A DNA stretch of 64,000 nt, from NCBI GenBank assembly GCA_051294905.1, contig CM119373.1, positions 19,158,001 through 19,222,000 on the forward strand, read 5' to 3'. The DNA comes from Botryllus schlosseri. Its lineage: Eukaryota. Shown one piece after another: positions 28,201 through 37,800 of this stretch. Position 1 is the first letter of the stretch. Each line of letters opens with the position of its first letter. The position numbers and the translations under genes were made by a program. The notes below the pieces were generated by a model, which was not told where the DNA came from, did no database searches, and worked only from the letters and a program-made list of their open reading frames with translations.

Positions 28201-29663
28201 GGTGGGATATTAGGGTTGCCGGGGGTGGGATATTAGGGTTGCCGGGGGTGGGATAATTAGGGTTGCCGGGGGTGGGATATTAGGGTTGCCGGGGGTGGGA
28301 TATTAGGGTTGGTGGAGGTGGGATATTAGGGTTGCCGGGGGTGGGATATTAGGGTTGCAGGGGGTGGGATATTAGGGTTGCCGGGGGTGGGATATTAGGG
28401 TTGCCGGGGGTGGGATATTAGGGTTGCCAGGGGTGGGATATTAGGGCTGGTGGAGGTGGGATATTAGGGTTGCCGGAGGTGGGATATTAGGGTTGGGGGA
28501 GGGGGGATATTAGGGTTGGGGTAGGAGATTAGGGTTAGGGTTAGGATATTAGGGTTGCCGGGGGTGGGATATTAATGTTGGTGGAGGTGGGATATTAGGG
28601 TTGCCGGGGGTGGGATATTAGGGTTGCCGGGGGTGGGATATTAGGGTTGCCAGGGGTGGGATATTAGGGCTGGTGGAGGTGGGATATTAGGGTTGCCGGA
28701 GGTGGGATATTAGGGTTGGGGGAGGGGGGATATTAGGGTTGGGGTAGGAGATTAGGGTTAGGGTTAGGATATTAGGGTTGCCGGGGGTGGGATATTAATG
28801 TTGGTGGAGGTGGGATATTAGGGTTGCCGGAGGTGGGATATTAGGGTTGCCGGTGAATACAAAATTTCCCGAGGGCCGGCTTCACATTTAATGCATTTTT
28901 AATTCAAAATTGTTCGAGGGCCGCATTCTCCGAGGTCCAGAGTAGTCGAAAAACACTGTGAATACCACAACAAGTAGACCACGCGTGCTTGATATACAAA
29001 CTTTCCCGAGGGCCGGGTTTTCCGAGGGCCGGGTTCTCCAAGGGCCGGGTTCTCTGGTAATCATAGATAGTAGTGGGTCAACATCATCATCATTGGTATT
29101 ATTGGTAAACGTTATTGGTAAAAAGCTATATTTTCAGGTCCGATAAGAAGATGAATAGTCCACAACTAAAACGAACTTCACCAAGATCTAAATACCAACA
29201 ACCAATATCTCCCAAGAACAAAGCATGATTTTCAAGAACTCGAAATACGCACCTTACATTTTTTGCGCATATGACGAGTCATACCGTCATGCGTCTGAAA
29301 CTGTTTCCCACAATTCGGGCACAAAATTGGCTCGGGATTCGTTTGATTACCACCAGATCCAGGTGGGGCCATTTTACATCCTTTCTCGTGTCGGGTGGCA
29401 TTGTAACGTGACCCAAATGTTTTATCACAAAATGAACATTGGTAGATCTTCTTCACAGGTGACTGCACCTCCGACATAACTGGCATCAGAAGGCTTCGCG
29501 TGACTGGGATTATCTGACCGGATGTAGACGGTATGGTGTTTGAAGGTTGGACTGCCACAGTGCCAGTAGTAGAGCCAGGTGGTGGTAGGGTGTGCACCAA
29601 CGTTAGAGGATTATCCGATGATGAAATTGGGAACATTCCAGGCTGAGACGATGAGGATATCAT
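16227..29663 (-). CDS. Glutamine-rich C2H2/C2HC zinc-finger protein, 6 coding exons, ~712 aa
   Basis: complement(join(29253..29663,26476..26693,24155..24485,22857..23075,19592..19846,16227..16931)) = 2139 nt, all GT-AG and in phase. It contains six intact CxxC...H...H/C fingers, one degenerate finger and poly-Q linkers. Additional 5' exons are possible. Confidence 0.85.
17222..17726. mobile_element. hAT-type MITE family A
   Basis: CAGGGTTGC...TTACAACCCTG with perfect TSD GTAGTTAC. Confidence 0.9.
19077..19435. mobile_element. hAT-type MITE family A, truncated
   Basis: Left terminus CAGGGTTGTAACCAAGTCAC and the family body are present; the right end is missing. Confidence 0.75.
20517..20992. 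mobile_element. Tc1/mariner (pogo/Tc2-like) MITE
   Basis: TA|CCGTAATTTTCCATGTATA...TATACTTGGAAAATGACGG. Homologous to 1-469; internal sequence is related to 35340-35700. Confidence 0.75.
21421..22590. mobile_element. Decayed DNA transposon (probably pogo-like)
   Basis: Repeated GGGGTAAATTGAGTATA / TATACTCAATTTTCCC motifs at both ends. The internal degenerate frame INEFDWLVIQYRQTKFLGQV..RIAYFP resembles transposase C-terminal domains. Confidence 0.45.
23455..23600. mobile_element. Penelope-like pseudo-LTR fragment with an inversion junction
   Basis: CGTCAGCAACTAGTAGAGAATT in one orientation is joined to GATTACCCCTGACGAG...GAAA...TTCA in the opposite orientation. Confidence 0.7.
23494..23527 (+). 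ncRNA. Minimal hammerhead motif (loop 3 mutated to ATAA)
   Basis: ACCC-CTGACGA-gggtcagcc-GAAA-ATAA-TC-GGGT. Confidence 0.55.
23669..24121. mobile_element. hAT-type MITE family A
   Basis: CAGGGTTGC...TTACAACCCTG with TSD ATTGTTAA/ATCGTTAA, about 33 nt from a ZnF exon donor site. Confidence 0.85.
24893..25340 (-). mobile_element. Penelope-like fragment (GIY-YIG C-terminus plus pLTR) followed by an inverted partial pLTR
   Basis: The minus strand reads LLDNPICGNNYRDN*FRVIGRSCSLFHLCALESTFIKIHQPKLCRQKEFVYHLKIVH*. 25228-25340 is an inverted partial copy. Confidence 0.8.
24913..24946 (-). ncRNA. Minimal type I hammerhead ribozyme motif, intact core
   Basis: Minus strand reads ACCC-CTGACGA-gcgtcagcc-GAAA-ATAT-TC-GGGT. 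Confidence 0.7.
27238..27640. mobile_element. Diverged foldback MITE related to 33837-34454
   Basis: Starts TAGGGTTGTTCAAAAATAACTT. Contains an internal inverted pair AAATTTGGCTCAATTCCAAC..GAAGCGACC / GGTCGCTTC..GTTGGAATTGAGCCAAA. Confidence 0.6.
27869..29062 (+). mobile_element. Non-autonomous DNA transposon family E, copy 1 (carries a TTAGGG minisatellite)
   Basis: Termini GGTTGCCGGAGAACCCGGCCCTCGG ... CCAAGGGCCGGGTTCTCTGGTAATC with perfect 8-bp TSD ATAGATAG (27861-68 and 29063-70). Confidence 0.9.
28159..28853 (+). repeat. 23-bp telomere-like G-rich minisatellite (GGATATTAGGGTTGCCGGGGGTG)n, ~30 units
   Basis: Direct reading. Includes a 223-bp higher-order duplication and TTAGGGTTAGGGTTAGG runs. 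Confidence 0.95.
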
Positions 29664-30501
29664 CTTACATAAATTTAAAGGCAGACAACCCTAATAAGGA
29701 ACATATTCAACTTTTTAAAGCTAGATTTTGGATAATTTTCAACGCATTTTACTCAGGTTTGAAAGAAGCAAACCTAGGTAGGAAAAATTTTCCAGATATA
29801 AAGCACAAAATGTCAACATGTCACACTAGCGATGCTTTGCCTATCGATTGTATACTGGAGTGGATATTTTATAAGTGTCGTCAATTCGAATGACACTGGA
29901 CCATCGCTGATTTGACCAGTGATAATCTCTTGGTTAGGATCATTATTCTCATTCGGTCGGCAACATATATACGAAGTTCGTCTGATTTGTCTACTAGTTA
30001 CTGACAATTACAATCCACTAGTGTCAGCCATTAATGCTCGGGTTTATGGCAATATGAATATATTATTTAATTGTGTAAAAAATGGTCTAAGTATGTCAGA
30101 CTTAACCACAAATTTGACCAATCCATATTGGGAAAAAAATACCTAACAAGAGGATTAATGTAGCCTAACGCGAAGAGCAAACCTACGCATTTTTCATGCA
30201 ATTTATATGCAAATTTTGAATTAACATGGGATAATTTGTATTGTTCTGTATTGGGCAGACATGAAAAAGATGAAGCCAAAATACTATCAAAGTCTACTCT
30301 GGAGAACACCTGACCATAGTGTTAATACGAGAGAAACAGCAAAGCTAAGGTTTTCAGGGCAAAATTCGATTGCATTTGACGCTAACTTTGTAGTGTAACC
30401 ACCGCCTACACCTTCAAGCTGTTGTAAACTGAGCATTCACAATCGCACATTTCTGTTGAACATGTTTCTTGTATATCATAGGCAGGGGAATGACCAATAG
30501 G

Positions 30502-30694
30502 CAATGTTCCCTCTTATTTTTGACGAGTCTGCGCACACTCACCAACTCACCGCGCAGACCCTTGGAAAACAGTGCATAACGACTAAAAAAAAGTCATCAC
30601 TTCGGATTTCTTGTGTGCAACTTAGATTTTCTGTGCCCAAATACTAAGAAAGCACTGTGCATCTGTGCAGGTGCGCAGCTTAGAGGGAACATTG
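30502..30694. mobile_element. Small hAT-type MITE (CAATGTTCCCTCT termini)
   Basis: 13-bp TIR with TSD CCAATAGG/CCAGTAGG. Confidence 0.8.
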
Positions 30695-31189
30695 CCAGTA
30701 GGCCTGCTAAACTGGAAGATGCAAATATTTAACCATGATTCCAGTTCCATGGATTAATCACATCTCAACAGTCAGCATGATATAGAAATCGAAAAGCTAC
30801 ACCCGTAATCACAAGCAAAACTACACAGTACACAGCCCAGCCATATACAGTTGTCACTGCATCTCTTGTGAAGTGAAACCTCAAGTTTAAAATGCTAGAG
30901 ATAAGCTTAGAAGTTTTCACTTCCAAGTTAGGCTGTTTTAGTGTGTGTGCAAAATGATGATACGGAAATTTTAGTGCATAGGTGTAATGAAGGGAAGGCA
31001 GGAAGCTGAGTATAAATTTGATTATCATATATCAAGTAAAAGCTGGACACATGAATACAGCCTAATTTAATGTTCAATGCATAACGCCGTGTTGCCGTTA
31101 TTGAAGTTGTTACCAATCGAGTATTCAAGTTTTGAAATAGTCGCAGAAGGTTAGTCCCGCGTGTGTTCGTGATATAGGGGAAAGATTGT

Positions 31190-31870
31190 AGTGACGTAAC
31201 AGAGAGTAATTATGAATGAAAAGCTCATGGTAGCGGTGCATTCCGTAAATCAGCGGGTGTTCCCCGTCTTCGTGATGACTGCCATAACAAATAATTGCAC
31301 AGAAGACAACATTTCTCATCGTTACTTCTCCCCGGGACGAGAGCCAGAGAAACTTTCGGGTACGAAGAAACAAGCCTGTCGCCGCAAAACGGAGCGTGTA
31401 CATTTTCGTTTGTTTCGCGTCACAAAGCCTCAACTTATCACAGTAAATTTTGCCTCAGCGCTCCTATTTTTCACCAACCGCGGAGATAAAGGAAGATAAA
31501 GCGTCTACAAGTAATTGCGCTACGTGCACGCGCTCATTGTAATGGCGGTGTGATATGATTGTGCGATAGCCGTCGGTAATTACAAATGACACCACCTCAA
31601 CCAAATGCTCAGGCTAACATTCATCAATCCTCTTTATTACTCAAAATGATTGCATCTGAAACACACAAAGTAGTTTCCACGCTCCTTGAAAACTTGTATC
31701 ACTAAACACTACTCCTTAGAAAGAGCGGGTGGACTACAAACACCCGCTCCTCCCGTCTCGAAAGAGAGAACACAAGGAAATGCGAAGAGGAAAATGGCGG
31801 CGTGAGAGACGTGACGCAGAGCAGACGTGACGCTCTAAAAAAGGAAAAAAGAGGAGTGGGGACACTACGT
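31190..31870. promoter_or_regulatory. Putative bidirectional promoter region between the ZnF (-) and TIN2-like (+) genes
   Basis: CpG-containing non-repetitive segment between divergent genes, with YY1-like AAAATGGCGG (31791-31800) and CRE-like TGACG motifs (31192, 31812). The TSS was not observed. Confidence 0.4.
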
Positions 31871-32804
31871 CAGAATAGGATCACACTTTTATCTGTAGCG
31901 AGCTTTCCCGCAAATCTTGCTCCGAAATGCTGCAGAACAGAGTCTTGGAGCAAAGTGACTGACAACACTGTTTCGGCCGACATGTAAAATTTACCTGCTT
32001 CTAGTCTGCACATTAATTTAGTCCATTCCCGCGCCGTATTCCGTAATCTTATAGTGTTTGCATGAATTCAGGTATCGACCACAAAGCGTATTATTTATCT
32101 TTTCTGCCACGGCTTTATTTCTGATTCAGTAAGGGATAACTGTAAATGGCATTGTAGTGCTCTTCAATCAAAATGATGCAGGTAGGGATAATAAGTGAGT
32201 AGTGGAGAATGCAGAAATATGTAAAAGCTTCGATTTAAACCACTTGCAGCGCGACTGAGCGCTGTTTATCTTCTGAGCGGGAGATTTTCAGAGGATTGCG
32301 GGGCGTTGCGTAGGTGGGGCCTTGCCGGCTATAGTTGTTTGGCATAGTCCAGGTCCGCTCAAATTATCATTGCTGCTTGCTGCGTTGCTGGTAAGAATAA
32401 TAAACTACCAGTACTACTGGAGGTGGGTGTACATTTTGCAAGGGTCTCGTTTTCAAATCGTTAACTCGGACGTTTCAAATGTTCGATTGCGACGAGTATC
32501 TGCTATCTCTAGAAGCTCTGGAACATACATTCGTGTTTGCTTTGGAAATAAAATCAAAATGCTTGATACAAGGTTGGTGAATTTTACGGTATTAATGTAA
32601 CGTTTTGTGTGAGTTATGGATATTCTTCGGGTGCTTAAAATTGATTGTTCATATTACTCTGACACTTGTTCTTTAAGCCTTACGTTCATTTGGTACCATA
32701 CTGGTACCAACATAATGGACTTTTCATCCATCAAATTTGGAAATATAATATGATTGAAGTATAACTGAAAATATTTGATAGAAGTCCCCATCATCTCGGT
32801 TTTA

Positions 32805-33646
32805 GATTACCAGAGAACCCGTCCCTTGGAGAACCCGTCCCTACCAACTCGGCCCTCGGAGAACCCGGCCCTTGGAGAACCCGGCCCTCGGGAAATTTTG
32901 CATATCAAGCACGCGTGGTCTACTTGTTGTGGTATTCACGGTGTTTTTCGACTACTCTGGACCTCGGTGAATGCGGCCCTCGAACAATTTTGAATTAAAA
33001 ATGCATTAAATGTGAAGCCGGCCCTCGGGAAATATTGTATTCACCGGCAACCCTAATATCCCACCTCCGGCAACCCTAATATCCCACCCCCGGCAACCCT
33101 AATATCCCACCCCCGGCAACCCTAATATCCCACCCCGGCAACCCTAATATCCCACCTCCGGCAACCCTAATATCCCACCCCCGGCAACCCTAATATCCCA
33201 CCCCTGGCAACCCTAATATCCCACCCCCGGCAACCCTAATATCCCACCCCCGGCAACCCTAATATCCCACCCCCGGCAACCCTAATATCCCACCCCCGTC
33301 AACCCTAATATCCCACCTCCGGAAACCCTAATATCCAAATCACACGTCTGCTTCTCGCCAAGTCAATTCAACAATGAGCCGATGACGCGTGATCGATATG
33401 TGAACGTCGCGTTCTCTCCCGCGCTTGGCGCTTGCGCAATCCGTGATCACGTGATCTGATCACGCCGTGACTGCGTGACCTATGCATAACATTATTACTT
33501 TATTAATTCATATTAATACTTGTGAATACACTTAATTTCAAAATTTCCCGAGGAATTCACCGAGGGCCGGGTTCTCTAAGGGCCGGGTTCTCCGAGGGCC
33601 GAGTTGGTAGGGACGGGTTCTCCAAGGGACGGGTTCTCCGGCAACC
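32805..33646 (-). mobile_element. Non-autonomous DNA transposon family E, copy 2 (inverted relative to copy 1)
   Basis: GATTACCAGAGAACCC...GGGTTCTCCGGCAACC with perfect 8-bp TSD CGGTTTTA (32797-804 and 33647-54). Flanks of the array are the reverse complement of copy 1. Confidence 0.9.
33044..33336 (-). repeat. 23-bp minisatellite (CCGGCAACCCTAATATCCCACCC)n, ~13 units
   Basis: Direct reading; it is the reverse complement of the 28.2-kb unit. Confidence 0.95.
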
Positions 33647-33836
33647 CGGTTTTATATATGTATGGATTTATGTATATTTGTATACTATTTAAGCGAGAAT
33701 TTTTGTGGAGCTGACTAAAAAAAAGGTCGTCACTTTCGTTTGATTATAAAAAAGAAGCACATTCACAGGCGTCATCTGAGGACATTTTCAAAAACCTGAA
33801 AAAGGAGGATGTATGTTAACCCTATGTATGTGGCAG

Positions 33837-34454
33837 TAGGGCTGTTCAAAAATAACTTTTTTTCCTGAATCTTGCTGGTTACTTGATTAAATCGTTAGGT
33901 TGCCTTAAAAAACGACGCATACCAAATTTGAATTCATTCCGACAAATATTCGCGGGTTACGTAGAGTTTGAAAATTTTGGATTTGCCCAAAAACGCAAAA
34001 AATTTTTTTTTCCAAATTTTTCTGCCAACCCCATGAAATTGTTGGGCTGTCTTCAAAAACTATGCAAAACAAATTTGACTCAATTCCAAGCCGTAGAAGC
34101 GGAGTTATTTCAGTTTTTATTCGATAATTCTGGGATTATCCTTGATTGGTGGATAATCCAAGAATTATCACCGAAAAACTGGAATAACTACGCTTCTACG
34201 GCTTGGAATTGAGTCAAATTTGTTTTGCATAGTTTTTGAAGACAGCCCAACAATTTCATGGGGTTGGCAAAAAAATTTGAGAAATTTTTTTTTTGCGTTT
34301 TTGGGCAAATCCAAAATTTTCAAACTCTACGTAACCCGCGAATATTTGTCGGAATGAATTCAAATTTGGTATGCGTCGTTTTTTAAGGCAACCTAACGAT
34401 TTAATCAAGTAACCAGCAAGATTCAGGAAAAAAAGTTATTTTTGAACAGCCCTA
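33837..34454. mobile_element. Foldback MITE, near-perfect 618-bp palindrome with 9-bp TSD (Mutator-like?)
   Basis: TAGGGCTGTTCAAAAATAAC...GTTATTTTTGAACAGCCCTA with near-identical arms over ~260 bp and TSD ATGTGGCAG on both sides. Confidence 0.9.
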
Positions 34455-34823
34455 ATGTGGCAGTAAGAATTTGCCAAATCATGTGTGAATATCATGCCGA
34501 TTGTGCTGCGTGTAACTGTACTCACGGTCCTGCTAATTTTCACAACTTGTTCACTTCAACTTCATGTACAGTACAGTAGGCCGCAGCACATTTCATATCC
34601 TCATTGGTCATATTCGTACCAGGTACCACATTTACAGCATGCTTAGCAAGAAGCCAGGAGAATTCACAATGAAATATTCCAGGTCTCAATTATGGAATCA
34701 TATTCTTCTTCATGATATGAATGTTGTCTACCGTGAAGACAAAATTCAAGCATATTGTATGCATATGTACAAGCTTGCATTCAAGATAACTTGAGATAAC
34801 CTATTTTAGTCTTGTAGCATTTG

Positions 34824-37800
34824 ATGGATGATTTACACTTGTACAGCCTATCCATTTCCTTGACAGCATGCGTATGGAATGCGGAGCAAGAATTTTGCGG
34901 GGTGTCATCATTCCAGCACGACACACAATTCAGATTCCTGCTGGAATCCATCCACCATATCATCCAGGACAACTGTCAGAAAGAATTTCTCCATATATTG
35001 CGTTACCTTGAAATGCTCAACTCACAATTTCCGGATATACCGTGCCAAAGGGAACTCGTCAGGTCGACGCTGAAATTGAAGCAGTCGGTAAATATCATAG
35101 TTTAAAGCCGATTCATCCGACCGATGTATTTATGTAATGTTTTGGTGTGCTGCTGAATTTTGGCAAACTAGTATGCTGTGGGCATAGGCGCCTGGGTGTG
35201 CAAGGCATGCCAGGCATACCTAGACATTTTTTTAGGTATGCTGCATGCCTAGAATTTGGTTTGGCATGAATCGGCATAAACCCCGATTGTGTTATTTAGA
35301 ACGAATCGCAATGTATTTTTCGTTTACTACATTACCTGCTACCGCGTATGTGAGCGAGGTAACCCGTTGCGCGCGGCCAATTAGCTACAAGCGCGTTGCC
35401 AATTAACGAGATTTGTCTGTGCACAATGTAACGCGACGCGATCTCCCGCTGAGATGATCGCGAAATTGTGTCATTGATTGCCGTGCGCTCGGCAATCATC
35501 GCTTGGGACGCTTGCCTACTTTATCGCGTCTTCGACAAGCCTAGTTTCACTCGCTTGAGCATGATGAACAATCACATCAGCAGTAGGCCCGGTGCCATCG
35601 CTGCCTGCGCTATCGCATCTGCATTGGCGCACACGATATTATCGCTTGCCTACACAATCGCATCTGCAACAGGCCTGGTACGAAAGATATCATCGCTGGC
35701 CAACTATCACGTCTAAAGCCGAGCATGTGTTGGCTCCCATCTCTCGAGCCTAGCATGCGTTGGCTCCAATCTTTCGATGGCTTGGTGACAATGCCGTTAG
35801 GTGTTTGTTGGTTAGCGATTGTAATTAAAGAGCGACATCGCTGACCTGAATGACATTGAATGTCCGCAGACATGTGCGATTGTGAGTGCGCCGTGCATGC
35901 GTAAGTGAATTCCGCTATACCTAAACATAACCATCAAAAGATGTGTGTCAACTGTCAAGGCTTGAGTTGTAAAAGACGAGAAAGGTTTGAACAACCTGAA
36001 ATTGGTGCCATTGTAGAACAGATTCCATAACAACTCGGACATTTTGCCTTGCGCAAATCCTTGCCGAGGTTATGTAATAAGCGGCGTATTTAATTGTTCT
36101 CTAGCGATCAGGGACTCGCTAATTGACAGCACTTCCGGACTCGTTGACAAGCTTATCATACGCGCAAGTTTGTTAACACGAAGATATTGTGTAATCGGCA
36201 TTTATACAGGCACTTAACCCTCATGAATCGATGCTATATTATCCCTAATTATCAATTCCGTCGGATCGTGACGTCATTCCTTTGTGACGTCATCGAACTC
36301 GCATGCCTCAGGAAAATTAGCGTTCGGCCCCTATGGCTGTTGGTACAAATATACTTGCTCAGCACATTAAATAATATGATCATAATTATCACGACAATTC
36401 TGATATGTTGATTACGGATAGTATTAATTGTAATGATTCGATGCGAGTAATGAGAGACTATGAAATCGTATGTACAGTAGGCCTGTCAGTGAGATTATTA
36501 GTATTTGCTAAGGTTACCATACGTTCTCCTTTAGGAGGATTTGTCCTCCTAAATGTCCTCCTTTTTGGCAATCCGTCCTCCTTTACAGCTTTTTTTAGCT
36601 GAGATAGTGGATAGATTAGAGTGAAAATGGGCATAAATCACGCTAAATAGGAAATTCGTTGTTCGAACGAAATTGACCACTTTTTTTTATCTCCACAATA
36701 TCGTGGAGAATTTATTATTTATTCCGGATTTTATTCAGTCCAGTGTTCTAAGTTTGAAAATTTTGATAAAGTGTCCTCATTTCTCGATTCCAAAATATCG
36801 TTACCCTATATTTGCTCATAATAAATATGTAGCACCAAGCTACACAGGTTAATCAAAACGACATTTCCGTGCAGTCCTGATCGACATGATCTTCAATGCA
36901 ATATTATATTATTATAGCGGCTAACTGGCATCATTCTCTTCGTGAGCGCGTCAAATTTACGTATTTGGACTTTACAAATAAGTCATGATGTCATAATAAG
37001 TGGTAAGCTACTCGGCTCGACTTGAAACCTTATAGTCGAAATCGATTCACTCAGGTAGGCCTACTTGATATTCCCAACCCCACTGTTAATGCCACCAGAA
37101 ACCTTGAATATCTGCAGCTGGTAGAGGTGTATGATTGGAAATGCATATATTTGTTGGTATATTGACAACAACTGGAACTTGTGTAGTTTTCAATTAGAAT
37201 TGTCAAAATCTGTGACATATCTGGTGGATCTCTCTCATAAAAGCATGTTGGGGCAGCAGGTTGCACACCCCTGTCATGAATTCATAAAACCTAAAAATTC
37301 ATATTTTGTTCCAGTTTGTTTTGTACAATATCCTGGAAAATGGGAGCGTGTCGAACATATTCTATATCATGGACAATTTCTTTTCGCTCAAGGATCTGCT
37401 CACTGGGTTCTCCGCCAAAGACACTGCCGTGAGCTGGCATTTATGTTTGCTGGGCTGTCCCGCTTTAAAGCTATTTTTCAACCTAGAATAAAAGGCTGTT
37501 TACGTGGGCACGGAGAGAAGTGTCCTTGTTCAAGAGGCTCGTCAGAAGACTGTTGACGGACATGGCATTTCGGCAAGGTATTATGCTCATTCCTACGCAT
37601 GCTTAACTAGGTTTATGCAGTTGCCGTAATGCGAGTAGGCCTGAAGCAGTGATTATTAACCTACGCTAACACGGGGGTCGGGGAACCCTTATCCTAATCT
37701 GCAAGCTTGCAGAGAATCCCAAATTATTGCTGAGTCACACAAACGATATCTAATACGATCCTGTAGATTACTGGTGCACAAAATGACCAGTGCAGCAACA

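Noticed and set aside
29063-32804. Invertible promoter or exon-swap switch between the two inverted E copies
   Set aside because: Each copy keeps its own matching TSD pair, so no inversion has occurred in this haplotype. ZnF exon 1 (phase 0) has no demonstrated in-frame use on the TIN2 side, and no recombinase is evident.
28159-33336. True telomere, chromosome-fusion scar or CRISPR array
   Set aside because: The arrays are 23-bp units without spacers, inside TSD-flanked mobile elements in a eukaryotic genome.
32443-34756. Extra 5' coding exons for the TIN2-like gene (32479-32572, 34577-34756), and a passing resemblance to PARPBP
   Set aside because: Phases can be made to fit, but there is no TIN2 homology, and the PARPBP similarity did not extend downstream. 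They are left as possible UTR or alternative exons.
37036-37259. Two small in-phase candidate exons (37036-37054, 37198-37259)
   Set aside because: Direct splicing 35087 to 37315 gives an ungapped TIN2 alignment, so they are not required. They could still be alternative exons.
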